DNA from: an uncultured Chloroflexia bacterium
GTDB taxonomy: Bacteria > Chloroflexota > UBA6077 > JACCZL01
Length of the DNA stretch: 64,000 nucleotides
NCBI GenBank assembly: GCA_963765765.1
Contig: CAVXYC010000018.1
Coordinates: 128,001-192,000 of the forward strand
Reading direction: 5' to 3'
The translations under genes and the position numbers were made by a program. A model generated the notes under the pieces. It was not told the DNA's origin. It did not search any database and was given only the letters and a program-made list of their open reading frames with translations. Within the stretch, counting starts at the first letter, position 1. Each line of letters starts with the position of its first letter. Shown one piece after another: positions 51,282-64,000 of the stretch.

Positions 51282-52345
51282 ATGACAACTGAGGCCCCAA
51301 GCCACGGCGGCAGCATCGCAAGCAAGACCGGGATTTTGATCTCATCAGATAGTCACGTCATCGAGCCGCACGACCTGTGGACGAAGGCGCTGGGAGGGCG
51401 GTTCGGTAATCGAGCCCCCGCGTTCGAGCCTTTGAAAAAGGGCGAGGGGTCCACTTCCACGCCGGTGGTCAGGATCCGCATGCTCGCGTCAAGGAGATGG
51501 CTCAGGACGGCGTGAGCGCCGAGGTGCTGTACCCAACCGTGGTACTGGGCATGTTTGGGGAAGATGACGTAGAGCTCCAGGAAGCATGTTTTCAGGTCTA
51601 CAACGATTGGCTCATGGAATATTGCGCGGTTGCTCCAGAGCGACTCGTGGGCATTGCAGCGATCTCGACCTACAACATTGACCATGCCGTTCAGGAGCTA
51701 AGGCGCTGCCACGCAGCGGCCTCCGAGGGGGTTTGATCTGGGAGGCGCCAGCATCCCAGCCTGCCGTTCACATCGGAGCACTACGAGCGGCTCTGGGCAG
51801 TGGCTGCCGATTTGCAAATGCCGATCACGATGCATATCTTGACGGGTCACGGATACATGAAGCAGCCGCGCACGGGGCTCGAGATCCATCGCGGCAGTGT
51901 GACACTGAAGACGCTCGAGGCACTCGAATGCCGTGTTTGACTTCATCTTCTACGGCGCCCTGGATCGTCACCCCGGTCTCAAGCTGGTGATGGTTGAGCA
52001 CGAGATCGGGTGGCTCCCATTTCTGGTCCAACAAATGGATTACTACGCGCAGCGCCACGCCAGACGGCACGGTTGGGCGTTGTCGAAGCTACCGGGCGCA
52101 TATGTCAATGATCAAGTGTACGCCACGTTCTTCAACGATCCCATTGGCACGTTCACACTTCAACGGTGGGAGGCGACAACTGTATGTGGTCCAGTGACTG
52201 CCCACACGAGAACTCCACCTGGCCGCATTCTCTGGACGTCATCGCACGCGACCTGGGTGATTTGCCGGAAAGCACGCTCCATAAACTGGTGCGGGAGAAC
52301 GTAGACCGGCTGTACAACCTCCGCGTCCCCGAACCGATCGCCTGA
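51282..52345 (+). CDS. amidohydrolase family protein (frameshifted)
   Basis: ISSDSHVIEP, DGVSAEVLYPT, YNDWL, VEHEIGW, MWSSD.PH. Confidence 0.8.
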
Positions 52346-52375
52346 AGCCCCTCATGATGTGGAGATACGCGATGC

Positions 52376-53151
52376 ATGTCCTTTCTCGACATTGCCGGCA
52401 CCCAGATTTCGTATGAAGACGCTGGCGGCGGCGGGAGACCAGTGGTTCTCATTTTTATCCCGGCGCCGCGACCAGTGAGTGCTAGGAGAATAAGCTACCG
52501 GCGTTCTCCGAGCCGGGTTTCGCTGTATCACTTACCACCTGCGTGGTCGTGGGTAATCACGCTTCCTATCGGAAGATTCGGACCCCGGCTGCGCCAGCGA
52601 TGATCTCGATGCTCTGGCGCGGCATCTCCAGCTGGAGCGCTTCATGATCGCGGCTGCGGCCTACGGTGGGTTCGCGGCCACCGATTTCGCGCTTCGTTTT
52701 CCTGAGCGGATAGCTGCCTTTGTGCTGGCCACAAGCCATGCAGAATTGGTGGATCCGAAGTACCCGGATGCGCGCCAACGCATTGCTGGACCGGAGCTGC
52801 GCGTGCTACCTGTGCATTTCCGCGAACTCGGACCATCGTATCGCGCTGAGAACCCAGAAGGAGTCGAGCGCTGGATAGCAATCGAACATGCCGCCGGGCG
52901 GCCACCCAGGCAGCAGAGGCTGCACTTCCAGATCACGCTACCCATGCTGGAAACCCTGTCCGTGCCCACACTGGTCTTGGCAGGTGACCCCGATCTGCTC
53001 ACCCCTCCGGGGATCATACGGATGGTGGCGGCACGAATCCCGAGTTGTGAGTTCGCCGCTATACCAGAAGACCGGGCACTCGGCTCACTGGGAACGCCCG
53101 GACGAATGGAACCACATCGTGCTGGAATTTCTCAGGCGCCACGCGGGCTGA
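52376..53151 (+). CDS. alpha/beta hydrolase (frameshifted)
   Basis: YEDAGG, AAYGGF, PTLVLAGD.D, GHSAHWERP. Confidence 0.75.
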
Positions 53152-53309
53152 TGCGGCGTTTGGACCCATTACTGATACTTAGTCTGAACATGGGCGGGCG
53201 TGACCCGGCGCCAGCGCCCAACGCCGGCCTTCCCGACAGCCATATTACCGGTCCGTTGGCTCAGCAGCCGTGTCTAACGCGCTACGAGCTTGATTGGAAA
53301 CTGTGACTT

Positions 53310-54161
53310 ATGGCGCCCATCATTGATGGACACGCTCACGCGGTCGCGATTAACATCGAGCGCTACCCGCGCGATCCATTGGACGGTCGACTCCCCAACA
53401 GGCTTGCTGAACGGGCGGCAACGGGACCCGAGCTAGTGGCAATGATGGACGCTGCGGGAGTAGCGAAGGCCGTCCTCATCCAACTGGTACTGGTGGACGG
53501 TCGTCGGAATGACTATCTGGGCAATCTGGCTCGTGAATATCCCAGATCGATTTGCCCGGTGGGCTGCTTGGACATGCTTGCACCGGACGCGGCGAATCGA
53601 CTGCGCTACTGGGTGGAGGAGCGAGGGGCCGAGGGCTTCCGTCTTTCTTCCATTGGCGCCGTCCGGGAGGCGAGATGGCCTGGCTTGAACGGCCAGAAGT
53701 GTGGACCGAGGCGGATCGGCTCGGCGCCGTCCTGTGCGCCCATTTCTCCGGGGCCGTGGAGGCCGGGAGCATCGGTGGCTTGCAAGCTATGCTGATCGAT
53801 ACCCCGGGGTCAGCGTGATCCTGGACCACGTGGGCAACCCTCCATGGGGCGAGGGGCCGCCGCACTACGGAATGGGCCAGGTGCTCGAGTTCGCCGAATT
53901 CCCCAATCTCTTCGTGAAGGTTTCGACGATCAACCTGAACCGTATGCAGGCCGCCGGCGTTGCCGCCGAGACGCCCATGGCGCTGCTGGTCGGCGCCTTC
54001 GGAGCGCGGCGTCTTCTGTGGGGCTCCGATATGCTCAACACCCTGGTGAATACGAGGACATGATCCAGCGCATGAACGCGGCCCTGGCCGGGCTGACCGA
54101 GGAAGATCGAGGCCGGGTCCTCGCGGGCACGACACGCGCACTGTTTCCCCAATTCCAATGA
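53310..54161 (+). CDS. amidohydrolase family protein (lactonase-like; frameshifted)
   Basis: IIDGHAH, ILDHVG, NLFVKVS, LLWGSD. Confidence 0.78.
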
Positions 54162-54184
54162 CCTTCACAAGACGGAGGACTGAC

Positions 54185-55305
54185 ATGACGACGATCCCTG
54201 AAACGCCAGCCATTGAGACATCCGCGGCAACACAAACGTTTCTGACCAACCAGGAAATCATTCAGGCGGCGCATCAAAACCTGGGCAAGGGTCAATGGGA
54301 CAACCTGGTTGGCGGGTCCGAGTCTGAGACAACCATGCGTCGCAACCGCCTCGGGTTCGATCGGATCGCATTTCGACCCCGCATTCTCGTGGACGTCTCC
54401 CACACCAATACGTCCACAACGCTTCTAGGCCACCGTCTCCGAATTCCGGTAATCCTGGCGCCAATGGGATCGCTCCAAGAGCTGACGCCGGCGGGAGCGA
54501 TCGCAGCCACGCGAGCTGCCGCAGAATTCGGATCTCTTCATGTCATCAGCTCCGTCACGCAGCCCAGTCTGGAGGAGACCGCGGCCAGCGTCGATTACCC
54601 GAAGGTCTATCAGCTCTACGTGACCAATCATTGGGACTGGGTCAAGGAGACATTAACGCGGGTGAAGAGCTCAGGCTACTGGGGCTTCTGTTTGACTGTG
54701 GACACGGCGCATTACAGACCGGCGCGAACGACCCATGATGAGCAATTACCTGACTCCGAATCGACGGACCCCGCCCGACCCAAAATGGCGAGCTTCGCTC
54801 ACCTGGGAAATGATGGACCGCATCAAGGACTTCGTCGATCTGCCGTTCATGCTCAAAGGCGTGGCAACGGCCGAGGACGCGGCCATCGCCGTGGAGCACG
54901 GGGTCAACGTGATCTGGGTATCCAACCACGGGGGCCGGCAGCTCGATCACGGCCGTGCGACGATCGATATCTTGCCTGAGATCGATCCGGGCGGTGAATG
55001 GCCGGGCTCAAATCGTTCTTGATGGCGGCATTCAGCGGGGCTCTGATGTGGTGAAGGCTATAGCCCTGGGAGCCGACGCGGTAGCTATTGGCAAGCTTCA
55101 GGGGTGGGGTCTGGGCGCCGACGGTCAGGCAGGCATGCTGCGTGTTCTTGAAATACTGGAAGACGAGATTCACGTAGCCATGGGTCTGCTCGGAGTCACA
55201 GCGATGGATCAGCTCAGCAACGCGTACCTGTGCCGCGAGGACCCCGTGATGTGGCCGCACGAGATGAGTCAATTCTCGAACCTTACGGAAGGGCCTCTGC
55301 GCTAG
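54185..55305 (+). CDS. FMN-dependent alpha-hydroxy acid oxidase/dehydrogenase (frameshifted)
   Basis: FRPRILVDVS, LTVDT, LKGV, VSNHGGRQLD, DGGIQRGSDVVKAIALGA. Confidence 0.88.
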
Positions 55306-55361
55306 ACGCCCAGTCATTCGGCGATGCCATGGGCATCTGGGGCCGTGGGCGGAAAACCAAT

Positions 55362-57223
55362 ATGGGAGTAGCGACGATGATCGAACCGCGAACGTTCGCC
55401 GGAACACTCGGTGGGGTGAATTCCCCGCCGAAGAGTATGCCGACGCGCTCTTGACGTCCATGAAGCTCGGAGGCATCGACCATTTCTTTTTGTTCCGGAT
55501 CAGAGTTGGCGTTTTGGCAAGAAGGTGTGGCTCGAGCCATCGCTCGAGGCTGGCCCACACCGAGTCTCTTTACCGTCATGCACGAGTCAGTAGCGCTCAA
55601 CGCGGCACTGGGCTCAGCAATGGTCTCCGGTCAACCGACCGCCACGGCAGCGCACGTTGACGCTGGCACCCTCAACTATGGTGCGGCCATTCACACCGCA
55701 TGGCGCGGATGCTACCCCATGCTCATCGCCGCGGGGACGGCGCCGCGGGCCTTCCCCGGCTCATGACCGGGTCACGCAATAGCCCGCCGCAATGGGTGCA
55801 GGAGCCGCGCGACCAAGGGTGAGATCATGCGCCAGTACACCAAGCTGGATCACCGGCTCGAGCACCAGGACAATCCCGGGCATATGGTGAGCCGCCTCCT
55901 GCAGGTTGCAATGAGTGAGCCCAAAGGACCAGTCTACCTGAGCGTTCCGCGCGAGGTGGCGATGCTTCAAGCTCCGGGCGCAACTCGGTTCCCGACCCGC
56001 GACCAAATGGGCTTGGCCAGCCAGGCCTGGCCTGACCCAGCCGATTCACGGCGCGCAGCCAAGTGGCTAATCGAGGCCAAGAATCCGGCGGTCTACGTTG
56101 GCCGTGCTGGCCGAAACGCCGAATCGGTGGAGGTGCTGGTGCAACTCGCCGAGCTTCTGGCGCTACCGGTGATGGGGGGTAGGGCCGACCGTATCAGAAC
56201 TTCCCACCACCCACCCCCTATTTGGCACGGGACCCACGCCACAGGACGCAGACGCTCTTCTCGTGCTGGAGTCGCCGCTTCCCTCGGATGCCCGGTCGGA
56301 ATTCCCCGAGGCCGATGCGCGGATCGTTCGGGTGGATCCTGACGCCGTGGAAGGGCGCTACAAGACGGTTGAATTCTGTGCCGATCTGTGGTTCCCTGTA
56401 ACGGCCGCGGCGGCGGTACGCGCACTCCATGAGGCTGCCACCAGCATGCTCTCGACTTCTGACCTGGAGTCGAATCGAGACCCGTCGCGCTCGCCTCACC
56501 GAGAAAAAGCAGACACTTCCTCGCGGCCTGGGAGACGAAGGCTCAAGATGCTGGACGACGAAGTCCTATTGATCCGCTCTGGGTCCGGTACCAGGTTGGA
56601 AAGATTCTCGCTCCCGATGCCGTCCTCGTGGATGATCTCGCCGCCGGCATGGAGCCGAACAACCATCGTCGAGTGCAACCCAGTACGTACTTCAAGAGCG
56701 GGGGCACGTCGGGTGGGTTCGGATCACGGAGCCGCGTTTGGCGCCAAAGTTGCCCAGCCCAACCGCGATGTCATTCTGACAAGTGGGGATGGTTATTTGA
56801 TGTTCGGCACGCCGCTCCCCGCGCTATGGTGCTCGAGCCACTACAAAGCGCCGTACCTGACCGTAGTCATGGTCAACAAGTCTTACTCCACGGGAACCAC
56901 GGCGTTGCGGTCGGGTTACCCGGAAGGCGTCGCTGTGAGCGCTAGCAATTACGAGGGCGGAATCTTCGACCCCCCGCCAAACTTTGCTCGGCTAGCGGAA
57001 GCCGGAAATGGCTATGGGGAGCAGTCACCGATGCCGATCAAGTTGCGCGGCCCTCCAGCGGGGCCTCCAGCACACGCGCAACAGAACACCGGCCCTTATT
57101 GCTGTTGACTTGCCGACCTTCGTCCAGGAGCAGAGCGCTCACGCCAGTAGATTGACGTGGCAACGGCGCTCGCGACACAAGGTAGGACCTAACTCGGCGC
57201 AAGCGCGTCAATGCGCCCACTAA
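55362..57223 (+). CDS. thiamine pyrophosphate-binding enzyme (frameshifted)
   Basis: HESVA, AHVDAGT, RQYTK, PKGPVYL, GDGYLMFG...N TPP motif. Confidence 0.8.
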
Positions 57224-57279
57224 TGCGACGAAATCCGAAGTACTCTTATGCCGTACTGGCTCATTTGAGGTAGCTATTC

Positions 57280-59058
57280 ATGCGAGTTTCATCCAGACCC
57301 ACCGCGAGCTGGCGCTGGCCTCCCTGGTCAGGGCCGCCGCCGTGGCCAGCCCGCCCTGGAGAGTCCGGCAGTGGATTCTCACGACTCTCCTACGCGACCG
57401 TGGTATCGACTCTCGTGCTGGGCGTTGTGGGATTTCTGGTGGTGGTGCCGGTGGTGATCCTGTTCCTTAACAGCTTCCAGGTTGGCCAATTTGGAACCCA
57501 AACCCAATTCGGCTTTGAGAACTGGACCACGGCACTCAGCAACCCCAGGATTGCCGACGCGCTGAAGAACACCTTCACCCTCGCGCTGACCCGGCAGGGT
57601 ATCGCCCTGGTGATCGGCCTCTTGATCGCCTGGCTGCTAGCCCGTACCGACCTGCCAGGGCGGAACTGGTTGGAATTCGGATTCTGGGTGGCGGTGTTCT
57701 TGCCCTCGCTCACGGTCACGCTGGGCTGGATCATGGTCATCGACAACTTTAACGGGCTGGCCAACCAGGCGTGGAGGGCCATCTTTGGTGTAGACGGTCC
57801 GTTCAACATTTTCTCCTGGTGGGGAATCATCTGGGCCCACCTGATGACGGGTACGTTAGCCATCAAGATGATGCTGCTGACACCCGCCTTCCGGAACATG
57901 GATGCGACCCTGGAAGAGCTTCTCGCGCCTCTGGTGCGAGCACGCTGGGCACGCTGTTTCGGGTTGTCATACCCCTGGTCGCGCCCACCGTTCTGGTGGT
58001 GCTCCTGCTCGGCACCATCCGCTCGCTCGAGGCGTTCGAGATCGAGCTGATCCTGGGTTATGAGGCGAAGATCAATGTGTACAGCACGCTGATCTACCGG
58101 CAGGCACTCGGCTCTCCGCCGGAGTACGGCCAGGCGACGGTGCTGGGCATGGTGGTCCTGGGCGTCTTGATGCCGTTTATCCTGCTGCAACAATGGCACA
58201 GCGGGCGCCGCAGCCATGCCACCGTCAGCGGCAAGTTCCGCACATCCCCTCAGCGACTGGGACCATGGCGGTGGCCCCTGTTCGCGGTCGTGTTCGGCCT
58301 GGTCCTGATCATGACCGTGCTGCCCCTCATCCTGGTGCTCATGGGCACATTCATGAGTGTGTTCGGCATGTTCGGCGTGCGTGAGCCATGGACCATGAAA
58401 AATTGGAACACGGTGCTGGGAAATGCAAGCTTTCTCCAAGCACTGTGGAATCGCTTATCATCGCCGGCGGCACGGCGGTATTTGCGATGGTGTCCTTCGT
58501 TGGGGTGGCATACATCATCGTGCGTACAAAATTTTGGGGCCGCGGCGCGATGGATTTCCTGGTCTGGCTGCCATCCACCCTTCCCGGTATCGTCATGGGG
58601 CTGGGCTACCTATGGCTGTTTCTGGGTACGCCATTCCTGCGGCCACTTTACGGCACCACGTTCATCCTGATACTGGTGGCGTCGCTGGGAAGCATCACGC
58701 TGACGACGCAGCTTGTGAAGAGCAACCTACTGCAGCTGGGTGATGAGCTTAAGGAGCCTATAACTTCGGGGCTCCCTGGTGGTACACGTTCTGTCGCGTG
58801 ACCATGCCGTTGATTGCGCCGTCTCTGGCCGTGGTGGGCGTACTGGCGTTCTCAGCGGCGGCGAGGGCAACCAGCCACGTAGCACTGCTATCGACAGCGG
58901 GCAATCAACCTTTGTCGATCTTGCAGCTTAACCTCATGAGCGACAACAATTTCGAGGCGGCGTCGGTCGTCGGCGTGTTCATCCTGCTGCTGACCGTGGG
59001 TGTGGCCTTTGTGGCCCGCTTCCTGGGTCTGCGACTGGGGCCGGGTGCCGGACGCTAG
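57280..59058 (+). CDS. Fe3+-type ABC transporter permease (frameshifted)
   Basis: AWLLARTDLP, PAFRNMDATLEE, LPGIVMGLG; paralog of 9704-11458. Confidence 0.85.
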
Positions 59059-59118
59059 TGTTGCGTGGCACCGGTCCTCGGTGAGACTCACGCACGAGGA
59101 AACGGTGCCACGGTCGGG

Positions 59119-60354
59119 TTACTGAAACTCCTTGAGTACTTTGATGGTTCTGGCAAGCACAGCTTCACCCTCCGCGGTCCCGATCTTGAGCGTGTATTGG
59201 GCCAAGTTGGAATAATCCGGGGACTCCTCGGCGGCGTAGCTCTCGATCCCTACCCGACGCGTGCTTGTCTCGAGGGACTGCGCCATCGCTTCCTGGCCCT
59301 CCTGGCTTAGGTACCAACGCAGGAACACCTTGGCGGCGTTCGGATGGGGGGCATTCTTCAGGACTTCCGTGCCATAGGCGATCAAATGCGACGTTGGACG
59401 AACGTTCTCAACCTCAGTCCCAACGCCCTGCTTCTGGAGGTCCGCATCATGTCAGCGTTGGCGTAGATTGAGATCGGATACCGGCCCTGCGCAACATACT
59501 CGGTCGCCGAACGGATGTTGTCTAGTAACTTGACCTGGCCCATCAGCTTGCGGATGAAGTCCTCACCGTAAGGTTCGAGCAGCTCGGCCATCACGAAGGC
59601 GCTGCCCGTCGCGCCAAACGGATCGTAGAGTAGGATCTGGTCTTTCCACTTCGGCTTGAGGAGATCTTCCCAGCTATTGACCCCTCCTTTGGAGCGAGCC
59701 GTCGGTTAACGAAGAACCCGCCCGTAATGTCGAAGTGGGTGATGAACGTCACCGGTTGCACGGGTCTGTGAGCATGCGGAACCCGCCGGCCCACTTGGTG
59801 TCGTCGGACACTTCCGCGGGGAGAACGTCCAGATAGGGCGTGATGTTCTCAAAAGCGCCTGCTGGTCTGAGCACGGTGAACATCTGACCCGAGGGTCCCA
59901 AGTGCACGTCCCATAGATACTGGTCATTGCGCTGCTCCACAATGACGCGCGGAGACCAGTCCGTCGATTTCATCGCCGTAGATTGGACGTTAAGGTATGG
60001 AAGCGCCTGCTTCACCCGCTCGTTAATGTTGTCCCAGACCTCCGCTCCGGCGTGGGTGGACAGCACCAGCACGCCCTCCCTTTTTGCCGCGGCCTCGATC
60101 TCATCCCAATTACCTCCGGTACTCGAGGCGGGCTTGGCCGTGGAGCCGACCATAGTGGGGACGGCTTTCGCCGACGCCACCGTTGGAGGCGGAGCTTCTG
60201 TCTTCGGCGCGGGCGCAGTGGTGGCCGCGGGCAATAGAGCAGGCGGGGCACAGGCCACGAGAAGTGATGCGAATGCCACGGCGACTCCATGACGATAGAT
60301 GCTCGAAGAAGGCTTCGACGGCTGATCCAGCCGGCCCACCCAGGGCTTGCGCAT
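59119..60354 (-). CDS. ABC extracellular solute-binding lipoprotein (frameshifted)
   Basis: Lipobox LVAC, AAKREGVL, APHPNAAKVFLRWYLSQEGQ. Confidence 0.8.
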
Positions 60355-61024
60355 TTGTGGCTCCCCCTCACTTTCTCACTCAGTCGGCCTGCGCACTCGA
60401 CAGGTCAGGCAGCACGCCCTCAGGTACCGAGACCAGCCGACCTTCCAGACATTGCGAGCACATTCATAGACCCGATGACGGCAGTACACCAGATGAGATG
60501 AGGCGACTTCGCGATCGGATAGCGACCCGCTCCGCGCTGCAGAACATTTCGCAACGCGTAGCACCGTAACAGTGGCCGTGCGGTCGTGCCAGATTGAAAA
60601 CCCAATCAAATTGTTCAATTGAGCCGATCATTGCCTTGATCCAGCGGGACGCAGGTATTCCCTGCCTAGGAAGTCCGCGCCAGCGGCGTCCCCGAGTCGG
60701 TAGAAGACGTCGACGCAAGACGCCACACCAAACGCACCCCAATACAATCACGAGCGCGGAGCGGATGAGCCGCCCGGCTAGTTCAGTCCTTCTGACCATA
60801 TTCCTCGTGAAAACAACATGGTCACACTCAGTTGGTGCTGGTAGGCTTGACTCGCGAGGGTGAGCAGACCCGAGACACTATGCTGCCAGATCACTCGCAG
60901 AGACCTGCAAGGGAGGCCAGAAACATGGCAACGAACGTAGTGGATCGAAGGCCCGACGGAAGCGCGGTCGAAGTCGCAGTCCGCCCAGACGGCAGTATGC
61001 GCGAAGTGGTCGAATAGCTGCTTC

Positions 61025-61549
61025 GTGGGAGAGGTCTTTGATCTGAGGTCACCCTATCTGTTGCAGGGGCGAACGACCGACGTCCGCACCAAGACGGAGT
61101 TGATGCGGGTGGCGGTCAAGGTATACGCCGGCGGCGGTGAGAATGCCATGCATGCGCATGGGCATGAGGACCATACGTTTGTCGTGTTGGAAGGTGAGGC
61201 CGAGTTTCACCTGGGAACCGACGAGAATGCCGTCAGGGTGGGCCGCTACCAGGGCGTAATGCTTCCGAAGCACGCCCCATATTGGTTTGAGGCGGTGGGT
61301 GATGAGAACCTCGTCATGCTGCGCGTGGGCACCTCCGACAACGGGTTTCAACACATACACATACAGACGGACGGTCGCACGATCGCGGGTGATTCTCCTG
61401 AGAACAAGACGGTGGAGCGGATCGAAACCGGGCCCAGGATTCGGAGGGTAGTCACTCAGCGTGGTGGACTAAGGCGCATCTGCATTGCGGAGCGGGAATG
61501 CAGATACGCGCTCCTGGTCTCACCTTGTGTTAACCAAAAGCAACGATAA
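61025..61549 (+). CDS. cupin domain protein (true start may be ATG 60925 via frameshift)
   Basis: GGENAMHAHGHEDHTFVVLEGEAEF. Confidence 0.8.
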   Translation: MGEVFDLRSPYLLQGRTTDVRTKTELMRVAVKVYAGGGENAMHAHGHEDHTFVVLEGEAEFHLGTDENAVRVGRYQGVMLPKHAPYWFEAVGDENLVMLRVGTSDNGFQHIHIQTDGRTIAGDSPENKTVERIETGPRIRRVVTQRGGLRRICIAERECRYALLVSPCVNQKQR

Positions 61550-61684
61550 CCCTTGGCAAACATCGCGCCGCCGACGCTGTTACTCAACTAACGGGATACA
61601 CCGAAACCGCCTACTGCGTCCAAGGCCCGACAATGCATGGCCCGCCAAGAATGCATTGATACCGGGCCGCCGCGGTGATCACCG

Positions 61685-62782
61685 ATGAAACTAGATCGCG
61701 AGGAATCAATTCCCATAACCACCGGAACGCTGGAACGATCTGCTTCCACGCGGACAGAGTTGCAACTTATCTCTGCGGATTCACACGTCAGTGAAGACCC
61801 CAACCGCCTGGCAGGAGCGCCTGCCCGCGAAATTCAAGGCCCTGCGCCAAGTTCCCGCAAACGCGCCACGGAAGAAATGGCAAAGTTTCACCCTGGTGCG
61901 GTGGGATGGGCCAGCACGTCTCGAGGAGATGACGCAGGACGGGGTAAGCGCTGACTCCTATACGCAAGTCTCGGCGGCCGATCGTTCGCGCCCATTAAAG
62001 ACCCGGAGCTGCAAGAGGCGGGATTCAAAGTCTACAACGATTGGCTGATGGAGTTTTGTTCAGCCGATCCCACGCGCCCTCGTCGGTATCCCACAGATTT
62101 CGCTCTACAACATTGATCACGCCATTGCCGAGTTGGAGCGTTGTAAGCGCGGCGGCATGGTGGATAGCGGTCTGGCTCGTTCCGCCAGACGATCTACCGT
62201 CTCCTGGCCTCACTACGATCGTTTCTGGGCCGCGAGTCAAGAGATGGACATGCCAGTAACAGTCCATCTTCGCACCGGCTTCGGTTCCAATAGAGATCGA
62301 GATGCCAGCCGCGGTCAGGAGCGCTTTCGACGCAACGTGAACATCAAGATCCTTGAGTTCGAGAGAACGCGCTCTTCGACTTTATCTTTTTCGGAATTCT
62401 CGAAAAGTATCCATCGTTGAGGTTCGTGCTCTCCGAGCCCGAGATCGGCTGGGCGCCGTTCGTACTTCAGATGTGGGACTATCATTTTGAGCGCTTCCGC
62501 AAGAGCGACCCACTGCCGATGAGCGAGCTACCCAGCACCTCTTCCGTCGTCAGGTGTCAGTGAGCTTCATCAACGACCAGGCCGGGACTCGCTTTTTCCC
62601 AGTGGGGCGTGGACAACTGCATGTGGTCGAGTGACTATCCGCATCCTGCCTCCCCGTGGCCACACTCGCGAGACTTCGTTGCCAGGCAGCTTGCGCACGT
62701 CCCGGATGATGACCTGAAGAAGATTCTGAGTGAGAACGTGATAAGGGTGTACGGGCTGGAGCGCCCGGAGAGCAGGATCTAG
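61685..62782 (+). CDS. amidohydrolase family protein (frameshifted)
   Basis: ISADSHVSE, YNDWL, MPVTVH, EIGWAP, MWSSDYPH; paralog of 51282-52345. Confidence 0.78.
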
Positions 62783-62843
62783 TCGGTCGGCCAGTTGCGC
62801 AGCCCGGGGTTGTGGGCTATCAATCCGGGTAGGAGGAATTGAG

Positions 62844-63278
62844 ATGGCGACAGAAACATTGACCAAAGATGGCGTCTTTGATTTGCGCACGCCGTTGTTA
62901 AAACAGGGACTGACGACGGACTTTCGAGCCCGAACCGATCATCTGTCGGTCTGCATCAAGGTGTATGCGGACGGCGGCAACCTCTACCACTCGCATTCCG
63001 CTGAAGACCACGCCTTCGTGGTGCTCTCGGGTGAGGCCACGTTCCTCAGGATCATTGACGGCGAAGAAAAGGAAACGGTTCTGGGAAAATACAGCGGGAT
63101 CATGTTGCCCAAGGATATGGAATACAAGTTTCAGAGCACAACAGGATCAGGTGGAAATCTGGTCATGCTACGCATTGGTGCGCCCATCCCGGGCTTCACG
63201 TCAGTCGGCAAGGACAAGTCGTTTATCCCGGAGCGGATAGAGATCCCGGGCATGTTCTTCCCGGACGATTGCCCTTGA
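62844..63278 (+). CDS. cupin domain protein
   Basis: NLYHSHSAEDHAFVVLSGEATF. Confidence 0.82.
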   Translation: MATETLTKDGVFDLRTPLLKQGLTTDFRARTDHLSVCIKVYADGGNLYHSHSAEDHAFVVLSGEATFLRIIDGEEKETVLGKYSGIMLPKDMEYKFQSTTGSGGNLVMLRIGAPIPGFTSVGKDKSFIPERIEIPGMFFPDDCP

Positions 63279-63602
63279 AGCTCCACGAATGGGTCATTGA
63301 ACCCGAGGGCTTCACGACTTCTCCTGGATACGACAGAGCCACGATCCATCCATCCAAAGTAGCGATGCGTTCGGTGCTGCCGATTACTGTCAGTCGTACC
63401 GGACGGTAGATGCCTTCCGTCCAGTCTTGGCCAACCCAGCCGCCATCGCATTCGCATGGGGAGATCGTCTTTAGAGAGCGATCGAGTCGAGGGATCGGGA
63501 TGACCATGCTAGGTGATCCGAGCCTTCCGTGCGATTGCCATGCTTGATTCTCTCACGCGAGTTGCAGACTAGCTGGGAACGTCCCGCCCTTCCATCGCGA
63601 GG

Positions 63603-63997
63603 TTGATTTTCACTTTGGAGGAGAAAGAAGGAGGCTGCGACGTTCGAGACGCACAAGATCCAGCCACAACTCATGGAGTACGGCAAGTCCGCATACGGCT
63701 TGCGCGGACCGATCTGTTAGGCGTCGGCGTCCCGGGGATCGCCTCAATCGGGAGACCAACTTCCACGCGCACCGGCGAGGACGCAACCTGGTTCGTGCTC
63801 CAGGGCAGCGCCCGCTACTACACACCGGCGACGAACTCGTGGCGACACTGAACAAGTTCGAGGGCCTGGTCATCCGCGCGATGCTCCGTCCTGGTTCGAG
63901 AGCGCCGCAGACAAAGAGAACCTGATCATCATGCGCATCCGCGCGTCCGCCCCGAACGAGCCAAAGTGCCGCATCGACCACAGCCCGAGCCAGTTAA
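63603..63997 (+). CDS. cupin domain protein (frameshifted)
   Basis: LARTDLL, ETNFHAH.GEDATWFVLQG, WFES...ENLIIMRI across frames. Confidence 0.65.
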
Positions 63998-64000
63998 TAA

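Noticed and set aside
60380-60900. ORF 60464-60799 and overlapping ORFs
   Set aside because: No recognisable family; probably a divergent promoter region or remnant.

Overview
GC-rich bacterial DNA, most likely Chloroflexota. This is inferred from an AGAAC-N4-GTTCT LexA box, Pro/Ala-linker lipoprotein SBPs and expanded amidohydrolase/cupin/ABC paralogs. Many genes are split by single-base frameshifts, densely so after ~48 kb, which suggests long-read indel errors plus some real decay. Most of the window is catabolic or transport genes: flavin monooxygenases, a Rieske oxygenase, LigJ, amidohydrolases, cupins, NitT/TauT and Fe3+-type ABC parts, and a partial ebo cluster. The standout is a ~10 kb minus-strand block (35.7-45.8 kb). 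A perfect LexA/SOS box and promoter head a co-oriented run of an N-terminally replaced phage major capsid gene, a clan GH-A glycoside hydrolase, a virion-like 607-aa protein, a holin, imuB, a DUF6504-like gene and dnaE2. No terminase, portal, integrase or imuA is recognisable. The block is densely colonised by palindromic and heptamer-hairpin elements, many inside coding sequence. No rRNA, tRNA or CRISPR array was found. All product calls come from motif recognition only; no database searches were run.
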